From the IMG/VR virus record IMGVR_UViG_3300017655_000277, positions 1 to 41,190 of that record: a stretch of 41,190 nucleotides of DNA; one strand, written 5' to 3'. A program made the translations under genes and the position numbers. This DNA comes from a virus (taxonomy: Duplodnaviria; Caudoviricetes). The notes beneath the pieces were generated by a model, which was not told the origin of the DNA, made no database searches, and saw nothing but the letters and a program-made list of their open reading frames with translations. Positions 1-8,179 of this stretch are shown in pieces (within the stretch, counting starts at the first letter, position 1; the number at the start of each line of letters is the position of its first letter).

Positions 1-1206
1 ATGGCCCTTTATTGGACACAGATTATGTCATTTTACCAACAGAAGATTTCCGTCAAGATTCGCATGCGTGCCCGGGCCAACGCAAAAAACGGCACCGTAT
101 TCGTTCAATTGATCATCGATGGTGAGTCCAAGCGCTATCCGCTGGGTATCACCTGGCCAAAACATTTGTTCGATAAAGAAGGCGAAAAGCTGCTGCCTAG
201 GCAAAAGGATGATACCCTATGCTACCAGCATAACCTAGTGCTGCAAAACGAGCTGGCAAAGTGGAATAGGCTAATCCTGCGCTACTACGTTGCCGAGCAT
301 AGTGCCTCGCACGATGATTTTAAGCGTGCGCTGAAGCTCTTCAACTCGCGCGAAGATGTGATAGGGTACTTTCGCGTTATCGCTTCGCTGTTAGGGGCCG
401 AGAAAGTGCTTGACGGTGAAACCATCAAACGGCACGAAACCATGTTCCGGCGCACCGAAAAGTATTTTAAAGAAAAAGGCACCCGCTGGCAGTTCAACAC
501 CGTTCAACCCATTGATATGCTAAACATCGAGGCGTGGATACGCGAACGGTTATCCCACAACACTACATGCGCCCATATGCGCGTGCTGCACAAATATTTC
601 GGTATCGCTGCGGATGATGGCGTCATCATCCACGACCCCATGAGCAGCTACAAAATGCCTGCGTTCCACGATGGCGTACGCGATGCGCTGGAAATTGACG
701 AAATCAAGCAGCTGAAAAATTATTACGACGAAGGCGATCTAACCGAATTCGAGGCCGACATCCTACGACGCTACCTCATTTGCTGCTACACCGGTCTGCG
801 CAAGTCCGATATCGAGCAGCTAGACCCACGGTTTCACATCCGCAATGGCAACGTGCTGCGCCTCCATATGTTCAAAACGCGGCGGTACGGTAAAGTAGTT
901 GAGTTCACGATGTCCAAAACAGCCACCGCGCTTATCGGCAAAAAGCGCGCGCGGCTATTTCCGTTCGTCGAGTCCGGCCTGCTTTGCAAAACGCTCCGCC
1001 GCATAGCTGAGCGGGCAGGCATCGATAAATATCTGAAATTCCATTCCGGCCGCGATTCATTTGCAACCGCTTACCTCGAATTGGGAGGCAACATAAAAGA
1101 CCTGCAGGAAATACTGGGGCATTCATCCATCAAGTACACGGAGATTTATCTCAAAATGACCAGTCGAACAAAAAGTAACATCATGAGTAAGTTTGACGCG
1201 ATTTAG
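1..1206 (+). CDS. int: Tyrosine recombinase / phage integrase (true start may be the ATG at 25)
   Basis: Catalytic set visible: TGLRKSD (R), FKT (K), FHSGRDSF (HxxR), LGHSS (H), TEIY (Y). The N-terminus (GTVFVQLIIDGESKRYPLGI) resembles Bacteroidota arm-binding domains. Confidence 0.95.
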   Translation: MALYWTQIMSFYQQKISVKIRMRARANAKNGTVFVQLIIDGESKRYPLGITWPKHLFDKEGEKLLPRQKDDTLCYQHNLVLQNELAKWNRLILRYYVAEHSASHDDFKRALKLFNSREDVIGYFRVIASLLGAEKVLDGETIKRHETMFRRTEKYFKEKGTRWQFNTVQPIDMLNIEAWIRERLSHNTTCAHMRVLHKYFGIAADDGVIIHDPMSSYKMPAFHDGVRDALEIDEIKQLKNYYDEGDLTEFEADILRRYLICCYTGLRKSDIEQLDPRFHIRNGNVLRLHMFKTRRYGKVVEFTMSKTATALIGKKRARLFPFVESGLLCKTLRRIAERAGIDKYLKFHSGRDSFATAYLELGGNIKDLQEILGHSSIKYTEIYLKMTSRTKSNIMSKFDAI

Positions 1207-1287
1207 GCGGACAAGATGGACACAATTCCCACAACTCACTAAAAACGAAAGGGAAAGTACAAGGCGGCTAAACGAAATTTTCCACCA

Positions 1288-1623
1288 TCATTGTCCACGG
1301 AAGCCCCGCGCATCACTATACGTGCCCAGCGGTTCGTTCGTTTCTTTGTCAAAAATAGAAAAGATGATTTTTGAAACCCCGCCCAGTTCCTGTACCCGCT
1401 TCAAGTGCGTTAACGCCCACACACGGAAAACATTGGCCGTAAAATTCTCTTTATACTTGTTATCCCGGCCATTCCACAACTCGCGGTACATCACCGCGCT
1501 CGGCTCGTCAGGATTAAGCGTAAGCGCCCCCAGTGCCTCCAAATCATTCACCTGCTTTACCTTTTCCGCCAGTTGGTTTACCGCTGGCGCCGCGTTACGT
1601 TTAGCTTTTTTAAGTAGTCCCAT
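1288..1623 (-). CDS. Hypothetical protein, 111 aa, last gene of the tail region
   Basis: Clean ATG ORF preceded by its own copy of the late-promoter motif; no recognisable domain. Confidence 0.7.
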   Translation of the reverse strand: MGLLKKAKRNAAPAVNQLAEKVKQVNDLEALGALTLNPDEPSAVMYRELWNGRDNKYKENFTANVFRVWALTHLKRVQELGGVSKIIFSIFDKETNEPLGTYSDARGFRGQ

Positions 1624-1664
1624 ATTTCAAATGTAAGCAAAAGGGAAAGTAATCCAAGGGACAC
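1624..1664 (-). promoter_or_regulatory. Putative late promoter copy 1
   Basis: Minus strand reads GTGTCCCTT-N20-TACATTTG-AAAT-ATG(1623). Confidence 0.75.
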
Positions 1665-4600
1665 TAGGCATCCACGCCATTCGTAATCCGTCCCACCCGC
1701 TCATTCGCATCCTGCAACGCCCGGTAAGAAATCACCACCGGCCTACCCTCCGCATCCTGCACAACATCCACCAGCTGGCCAACTACATTCTCCAACCCAC
1801 GCAAATCCACGTTTGGAGCGGCCACATTCACCACCGGTGCCTCCACCCGCGCGGCTACCGATCCGCCATTGCGCACCGCCCTGTCCGCATCAATCAAATC
1901 AGGGTTCAACCTTATCGCCGCGCCATCACGGCGCATGCTGCTATACAGCAGCTCATCTACAATCTCGCGATTATTACGATAAGTTTCCCTGCTCAGTATC
2001 GGCTCACCACCCTCAATATTTCCGATAATACGCCTCCGTCGCCTATCCCACAGATCAATGCCCCCTTGCGCGTGGCTGCTACCATCCGGCACCATACCAC
2101 CCTTGCCAAATGTTGGCGGCTTCTGCGCCGATATAATAGCCACCTGCGCCGCGCCCGCCGCCGCCGCGATACCCATCTGTATCCAGTTCGGTATCGACTT
2201 AGCCACCCCCAGCGCAGTAGCAATAATAGCCTGGGCAATGTCCGCTTTTTTCTGTGCCTGCCAGGCCCTTCTTTTTTCCGCCTTTTCCAGCTTATCATAC
2301 TTATCGTTGATAGCTTTTTTCTGAGTTTCGGTTAGGCTTTTATTACTAAGCTCCGCCTCGCGCTCTTTTCGCAACTGCTCCAGCTTGGCATCACTTTCGG
2401 CCTTTCGGTTGTTTCCGGAAATCTGAAAAACAGCATCGCTAATGATTTCCGCGCCCCGTACCGCCAGTTCAATCTTCTTTTCCAGTTCCTCCTCATCCAG
2501 CGCCTTCACCGCGTCGCGCCGTCCCTGATCAATCGCCGCCAGTGCATCCTGAAACTCCTGGCTTAGTTGCAACTCCTGGTTATACTTTTTGCGAAGCGCC
2601 TCCACCTCCGCATCATACTTCGCGTTAATATCTGCCAGCCGCTTTTCATAGCCACTCATGCCACCCCGCAGATACTCCGCCTCCAGCCGTTCCTTTTCGC
2701 GCTTCAACCGCTCCGCCTCGCGTATCTCCGCATCCGTGATATCCCGTGCCCGCGCCTTATTCAAATCCTCCACCACCTCCGCATTCTCACGGTTTTCGTC
2801 TACCAGCTTATCGTAAAAAGCATTTATCCGAGCTTTCTCTTTATCCAGCTCACTAGCATGCTTATTCGCCAGCCCCACCCGCAGCGATTCGATTTTAGCC
2901 AAGTACTCTTTTTCCTGCCGTACTTTAATCGCATCGCTCGCAGTCTTTTGGTTCACCTCCAGCTCACCGATCTTTTTTTCTATCTCAGCTCGCTGCTCAT
3001 CAGTAACACCCTCCTGCTTCAGAAAATCCCTGTGCTGGTCAATCAGCTTTTGGTACTTCGCATTACTCTCCTCTACCTCGCGCTTACTTTTTCCCATCAG
3101 ATCCAGCAACCGCGCAGCGTCCAGCGCCCCAAAATCGTTCAGCAATTTTTCGTAGTCTTTTTTCGCCTTTTCCCGTTTTCGCTCAGCATCCTTTTCAGCC
3201 TTCTCCTGCTCTTTGGTTTTCCCGCCACCACCAGTACCGCCTGGCGCATCGCCACCGTTCATTGCGTCCAACCTTGCGGTAAGCTGAGCAATGCCCGCCT
3301 CCGCTTCCATATAAGCCTGGCTACCCGCATCCGCATTTTTTCGCGCTTCCGTCAGCTCCTCTATCCGCTTGGTAATCTTTTCCACGCTATCCAGCGCCCC
3401 CTGCGAATACTTGCCTTCAATCTGCCTGAACACACCCAGCGTATCCTCACCCAGCATGCCCATCTGCGTGTCCAGCGCTCGGATATCGTTTACCACATCC
3501 TCCAGCTCCGCCCGTTTCGCCTTCAACTCCTCATTAGTCATATCCCGCGTCACCAGCTGGCCACCGCTACGATCATAGGCAGATAAGCCCTGAAACTCCG
3601 TAACCTTCCTTTCATTCAAAACAGACTCAATCCGCTCTTTGCGCCGCTTCAATTCCGCTTGGTGATCCTTCGCCTCAGCAATCGCCTTTTCATTAATAAA
3701 GCGCAGGTAATTCCGGTGCTCTTCCACGTTGCCGCGCAAAATGTCCGTATTCATCGCCAGCGCGTTCCCATACGCATCCACCTGGCTTATCGCAATCGGG
3801 TATTCTTCAGAAAGTTTAACGATGATCTTATGCAATTCCTGGTGTTCCGCCTCCGTGAGCTCCCCTTTAGCCGTAAGCTCCTCATATCGATCAATCAGCG
3901 GCACCAAATCCCTATCCATCGCCCGCATTTCACTGCGAGCATTCTCATACTCACCGATAGCTTTCTCCACTGCGCTACGGTTATCCACCAGCGCCCCCGT
4001 CAAATCCGTAAACCACTGCCGCAGCCCACTATGCTCCCATAGCTGCGCCAGCCGGTTCTGTATTTTTTCCAAGTTCGCCGCGAGCGTCGTGTTCATGTTG
4101 TTGAACTCCGCCATGATAGACGTGTTTTCATCAAACGCCTCCGCGCCTTCCTGCACCCGCCTCCGCAGCAAGTCCGTGCGTTCCGCCAGCGCCCCCAGCG
4201 CCGCCACACCACGCGCGCCGCTCACCTCCATTACCCCCATGTTTTTCGCCAGCGCAGCCACGCCGCCCCCAGCCGTTTTAGAACCCTCCAGCACCCGCGT
4301 AAACGCCTCCATCGCATCCTCACGCAGCAGCTTGGAAAAATCCGCAACGCTCATCCCCGCTATCTTCGCATATTTCGGCACATCCTTACCCAGCTGGAGG
4401 ATAAACTGGCCAATAGCCGTACTACTACTTTCCATGCTTTGCCCCAGCTCATCCGCCGTCGCCGCAAGCCCCAGCACGGCCGGTAGCGATATCCCCGCGG
4501 CTGGAGCAATACCCGCCATCCGCTGCGCAAAGTCCACCAAGTTCTTTTCAGCCGCCGTACCACTCGCGCCCAGCGTATTGATCGCACTACCCACGCGCAT

Positions 4601-5266
4601 CAAAGATTCCTCGATGCCAAACCGATCCTTTAGCTTAAAAATATCCGTCAGCTTTCCCAAGCTGTTGATACTTTCTTCCACGCCGCCAAGGTCCTCACCC
4701 AGTGCCACGCCTATGCGGTCCGCCGCCCGCACAAAGCCCTCCACATCACGCTCCGCAGTTATCCCCAGCTTACCCGCCACCTGTGCTAAGTTCATCAGCT
4801 GCGTATTCGCCGTGCGCGAATCGAATTTTTTAAAACGCTCATTCAGCCGGTCCACCGCATCCCCCGTCAGGCCAGTTGTTTTCATCACCCCGCCCATAAT
4901 GTCGCTCAGCTCCGCGTTTTTGGTTATGAAGCCCGTCACACCTTTCACCAATAAGTCAAATCCCCGCTGGTACATATTACCAGCGAAAACACCCTTGGCG
5001 ATATCCTGCATGGAAGATTTAAAAGTTTTGGCAGCGGTAGCGTTGCCATTCAACGCCCGTCGAGATTCGTCAAGCGCCTGTTTAAGTTTTTCAACCTGTT
5101 TGGTTTTCTCCGCGTAGAGTCGAGGGTTGTCCTCTTCGCGCATATTTTTAAGCTCAGCGCGTACCTTCCGCCAGCTATCTTCAATTTCCTTTGCCGATGC
5201 CTTAGCCTGCTGGCCATTAATCACCAGCTTCAGCACACTTTCTGTGTCCGTCCGAGTCTTCGCCAT
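1664..5266 (-). CDS. Tail tape measure protein, 1200 aa
   Basis: TP901-like N-terminal core (VMKTTGLT...LAQVAGKLG...LVDFAQRMAG), long Glu/Lys/Ala helical region, and C-terminal FGKGG...SHAQGG...EGGEPIL motif typical of tape measure ends. Confidence 0.93.
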   Translation of the reverse strand: MAKTRTDTESVLKLVINGQQAKASAKEIEDSWRKVRAELKNMREEDNPRLYAEKTKQVEKLKQALDESRRALNGNATAAKTFKSSMQDIAKGVFAGNMYQRGFDLLVKGVTGFITKNAELSDIMGGVMKTTGLTGDAVDRLNERFKKFDSRTANTQLMNLAQVAGKLGITAERDVEGFVRAADRIGVALGEDLGGVEESINSLGKLTDIFKLKDRFGIEESLMRVGSAINTLGASGTAAEKNLVDFAQRMAGIAPAAGISLPAVLGLAATADELGQSMESSSTAIGQFILQLGKDVPKYAKIAGMSVADFSKLLREDAMEAFTRVLEGSKTAGGGVAALAKNMGVMEVSGARGVAALGALAERTDLLRRRVQEGAEAFDENTSIMAEFNNMNTTLAANLEKIQNRLAQLWEHSGLRQWFTDLTGALVDNRSAVEKAIGEYENARSEMRAMDRDLVPLIDRYEELTAKGELTEAEHQELHKIIVKLSEEYPIAISQVDAYGNALAMNTDILRGNVEEHRNYLRFINEKAIAEAKDHQAELKRRKERIESVLNERKVTEFQGLSAYDRSGGQLVTRDMTNEELKAKRAELEDVVNDIRALDTQMGMLGEDTLGVFRQIEGKYSQGALDSVEKITKRIEELTEARKNADAGSQAYMEAEAGIAQLTARLDAMNGGDAPGGTGGGGKTKEQEKAEKDAERKREKAKKDYEKLLNDFGALDAARLLDLMGKSKREVEESNAKYQKLIDQHRDFLKQEGVTDEQRAEIEKKIGELEVNQKTASDAIKVRQEKEYLAKIESLRVGLANKHASELDKEKARINAFYDKLVDENRENAEVVEDLNKARARDITDAEIREAERLKREKERLEAEYLRGGMSGYEKRLADINAKYDAEVEALRKKYNQELQLSQEFQDALAAIDQGRRDAVKALDEEELEKKIELAVRGAEIISDAVFQISGNNRKAESDAKLEQLRKEREAELSNKSLTETQKKAINDKYDKLEKAEKRRAWQAQKKADIAQAIIATALGVAKSIPNWIQMGIAAAAGAAQVAIISAQKPPTFGKGGMVPDGSSHAQGGIDLWDRRRRRIIGNIEGGEPILSRETYRNNREIVDELLYSSMRRDGAAIRLNPDLIDADRAVRNGGSVAARVEAPVVNVAAPNVDLRGLENVVGQLVDVVQDAEGRPVVISYRALQDANERVGRITNGVDA

Positions 5267-5307
5267 CCAACAAAAAGACGTACAAAAGCCGCCCCCGGAA
5301 AGGACAC
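5267..5307 (-). promoter_or_regulatory. Putative late promoter copy 2
   Basis: Minus strand reads GTGTCCTTT-N20-TCTTTTTG-TTGG-ATG(5266). Confidence 0.75.
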
Positions 5308-5312
5308 CAGCG

Positions 5313-5771
5313 CTACACCCGCACCGTTACATCACCGCCCGTTTCCTGTGCTATCCAGCCCGTTATCTCCTCGCCCAGGTCACGCGCCAGCAGCTCCCCC
5401 AGCCGTAGCGTCTCCGCCCATTTCGTTTTGCTGTACCACCGCTTGGCCATCCGGCGCGAGTAGGGGACATCCGCCCCGTAGCGCTTCGCTGCAATCAAGT
5501 TCGCCTTGTTTGTCGCCCGTTCCCAAGCCTTCATTCCCCGGCCCACGCCCATATCGCGGAAACGGCCATACATCAAAAATTTCAGCAGCACCCCCTTCAC
5601 ATCGCCGCCACCGGCCACCAGCTGCTTTTTAAAAGAGTTGTAAAGCTGCCTGGTCACCCCGATACGCTTTTTCTCGATCGATTTCTGAAACTCCACGATC
5701 GCAATCCGCGCCCACCCATCCACCGTATCACGGCGCACCAGCTTCGTCACGTCATACTTACGATCCATCAT
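5313..5771 (-). CDS. Putative neck / tail-completion (virion morphogenesis) protein
   Basis: 152 aa basic protein with TRQLYNSF and YGRFRDMGVGRG segments reminiscent of HK97 gp10 / Mu G-like neck proteins; ATGA-coupled to the upstream tail gene. Confidence 0.55.
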   Translation of the reverse strand: MMDRKYDVTKLVRRDTVDGWARIAIVEFQKSIEKKRIGVTRQLYNSFKKQLVAGGGDVKGVLLKFLMYGRFRDMGVGRGMKAWERATNKANLIAAKRYGADVPYSRRMAKRWYSKTKWAETLRLGELLARDLGEEITGWIAQETGGDVTVRV

Positions 5772-7831
5772 AGTTTTTGATAACTGCCGTCCGGGCTCAC
5801 ATCGAGCGTAAACGTCGTTCGAGCATCATATTTTTGCCAAAGGTTCCAAAGCGTTGGCTTAATCCAGTGATACACCTCCCACCCAACCAATGCCACATAC
5901 CGCTCACCATCGGCGGTAACATCATGCGTGAAATCCGCATTAACACCCGTACCCGAATTATTATAATTTCTCAGTATCCGCACAGGCAGCGCAGTTACGC
6001 TATACGGTATCGTGCCGGCATTATCCCTGTAGAAATACAGCACCACGTCCGCCACCCTTCGTTTCTCTTTGCTTTTATTGGTCGTGTATCGCTCATTTTC
6101 CGGCGCCAGCCGCGCGTATATCGTTATTTCCGGCACCACCACCTCCCCCTCAGAAAAGCCCACTTCAATATCTTCCGCCAGCGCACCCCGGTTGTAATGC
6201 GGATAAGCCAGCACCCGGCATGCCACTATGCGCCCCGTATCTGTAGGCTCAAACGTTACCCGATCAGGAAGAGCAGGTATGACAGCGCGCGAATCACCAG
6301 CCAGCAGCATTTTGCGAAGCGGCGACAAACGCATGAACGTCGCCACGTCCAGCCTTGCAATAAAATCAAGCGGCTCCGTACTGCATAGCATTTCATACCA
6401 GGTAAGGCAAAACTTGCTCAGCCACCCACTCGCTCCCCCCGGTTGCATCGAGTAGTCGTATGCAGGTTCCTCTAGCTCATTCAGGTTATCACACGTAGCG
6501 TATGGTATCATTCCGCTGTTGCCCAGCGCTCCCCAGGGCACCATTCCCTTGTAAGCGATCAGGCGCAACTTAAAATCATTCCGGCCATACGTGTCCGGCT
6601 GATTATACGCTTCCGTCTCCCTGTAAGCTTCGTCATATATATTAGCCGTTTGCCGTGCCCACGGCATCCGGTGCTCGGCAGTTGCATTCAAGTACATCGG
6701 GCCTCGATACATAAACAAAGTCCCCGTTTGCAAGTCCTGCGCGCGTGGCGTTTCACTCAGCCCAATAGTATAATCGCGCACGTATGGATGCAGCGTATAG
6801 CACTCATCCCCATCATCCACCATAGTCCGCAGGCGGTAGCCATCCACCGCATTACGCTTTATCCGCATCGTCCCCGCCTCAATGCTTGCCGATACATCCA
6901 CAGCATCCGTGCGCGACAATACGTCATCCGGCAAATCAAAGCGCGCTTTCCGCGTGTGGCTATCAAAGTATATTGCCACTTTCAAATCATTCCGCAGCGC
7001 TTTTAAAAAAGCCGCCACGCTCATCCCCGGTAGGTGCCGGGCGGGGTACAATTCAAGCGATCCGTTGTTAAATTCAGCACCCCCAATCATACCCGTGTTA
7101 TAAATCACCCAAGTTCGCACCTCCGGATGAGTCAAAAACGAACCGGTGGCCTCAAAACCCATCCACTTGCATACCTCTCCGATTACCCACGTCAGGTAAA
7201 AAAACGGGCAAAACAAGCGGTTAACCTGCGGCGTAAAAAAACCGCCGCCCCACTCATTCACAAACCAATATCGTTTACTGTCCGGCGGGTCATCGCTCGG
7301 TAAAGCTTCCAAATCACCCGTCCGGAGTTCATTCCGCATCGGGAAAAACACCCACGGATATTTCCCCGGATTCTCACAGCTGTCCAGTATTTTCGCTTTT
7401 CGCTCAGGTTCAGTGCTGCTTACCTTCACTGGGATGTGCTTCGCAAACTTGCCGTTATTGGAAATAGTAAACACGCTGGCCAGCGAGCGCTCACGCATCC
7501 ACTCCGCCACCGTCCCGCTATCAATCTGCAAATCCCCCTCATATCCATTCGCCGTCACATCAAACGCCAGCATTCCCCGCTTCCACGACTGGCCATATAG
7601 CTGCACCAGCACCTGCAGCTTTCGGCGCGCACCGCGGTTTTCCAAAACATGCGCATTCGTAAAAACCGCTTTGTTCGTCGGCGTCAGCGGAAACAAAATA
7701 GGGTAGGAGTAAGATCCAGCAAATAAGCTATCCTCATTAAAGAGCACGCTCATCCACTCCACCGTCAAACGGCTCCCCTCCGCCACGTCCAGCGTCACAT
7801 CCCCGTACCGTATTGCAAAAAGCCCATCCAT
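5768..7831 (-). CDS. Tail tip / minor tail structural protein, 687 aa
   Basis: N-terminal GSYSYPILFPLTPTNKAVF motif typical of siphovirus tail-tip proteins; position between fibre and tape measure. Confidence 0.7.
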   Translation of the reverse strand: MDGLFAIRYGDVTLDVAEGSRLTVEWMSVLFNEDSLFAGSYSYPILFPLTPTNKAVFTNAHVLENRGARRKLQVLVQLYGQSWKRGMLAFDVTANGYEGDLQIDSGTVAEWMRERSLASVFTISNNGKFAKHIPVKVSSTEPERKAKILDSCENPGKYPWVFFPMRNELRTGDLEALPSDDPPDSKRYWFVNEWGGGFFTPQVNRLFCPFFYLTWVIGEVCKWMGFEATGSFLTHPEVRTWVIYNTGMIGGAEFNNGSLELYPARHLPGMSVAAFLKALRNDLKVAIYFDSHTRKARFDLPDDVLSRTDAVDVSASIEAGTMRIKRNAVDGYRLRTMVDDGDECYTLHPYVRDYTIGLSETPRAQDLQTGTLFMYRGPMYLNATAEHRMPWARQTANIYDEAYRETEAYNQPDTYGRNDFKLRLIAYKGMVPWGALGNSGMIPYATCDNLNELEEPAYDYSMQPGGASGWLSKFCLTWYEMLCSTEPLDFIARLDVATFMRLSPLRKMLLAGDSRAVIPALPDRVTFEPTDTGRIVACRVLAYPHYNRGALAEDIEVGFSEGEVVVPEITIYARLAPENERYTTNKSKEKRRVADVVLYFYRDNAGTIPYSVTALPVRILRNYNNSGTGVNADFTHDVTADGERYVALVGWEVYHWIKPTLWNLWQKYDARTTFTLDVSPDGSYQKL

Positions 7832-7837
7832 ATCACA

Positions 7838-7939
7838 TTAACCAAAAAGCCACCAAGCCGTAGCCACCAGCAAAGCCAGATATCCCCAAAAAACAAGGCC
7901 CCGCAGGTTCAGCCTGTACCGGTACCGCCCGAAGATCAT
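7838..7939 (-). CDS. Small membrane peptide, 33 aa (not in the ORF track)
   Basis: Hand translation MIFGRYRYRLNLRGLVFWGYLALLVATAWWLFG*. The start overlaps the upstream stop (ATGA) and the ORF fills the gap to 6 nt before the next ATG. Confidence 0.65.
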   Translation of the reverse strand: MIFGRYRYRLNLRGLVFWGYLALLVATAWWLFG

Positions 7940-8166
7940 TTTTCACTCAGCTCAGTATCCGTAGTCGTAGCCTTAGCCAGTAGCGTAGCCACAAAACCCG
8001 CCGTAGCCAGGTAGCTCGCCACATCCCGAAGAAACTGCGGGATAGCAATATCATCCGGCGCACCAATGATGCCCGCACTCACAATGGTCAACATACCGCC
8101 GTAAAAAGCCAGTTTATTCCAAAATTTCGGCGTTTCGCTCGCCAGGCGTTTCCAAATTGTTTTCAT
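7936..8166 (-). CDS. Holin-like small membrane protein, 76 aa
   Basis: Basic N-terminus (WKRLASETPKFW), two hydrophobic helices and a charged C-tail; class II holin-like topology. Confidence 0.6.
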   Translation of the reverse strand: MKTIWKRLASETPKFWNKLAFYGGMLTIVSAGIIGAPDDIAIPQFLRDVASYLATAGFVATLLAKATTTDTELSEK

Positions 8167-8179
8167 GATTATCTGATTT

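Noticed and set aside
2567-5117. Long plus-strand ORFs (339 aa, 462 aa) opposite the tape measure gene
   Set aside because: Antisense shadows of a GC-rich, codon-biased gene; Ser/Leu-rich with no motifs or plausible starts.
5267-5771. Tail-chaperone programmed frameshift upstream of the tape measure gene
   Set aside because: The upstream gene looks like a neck protein and is separated by a promoter motif; no overlapping G/GT-type ORF pair or convincing slippery site seen.
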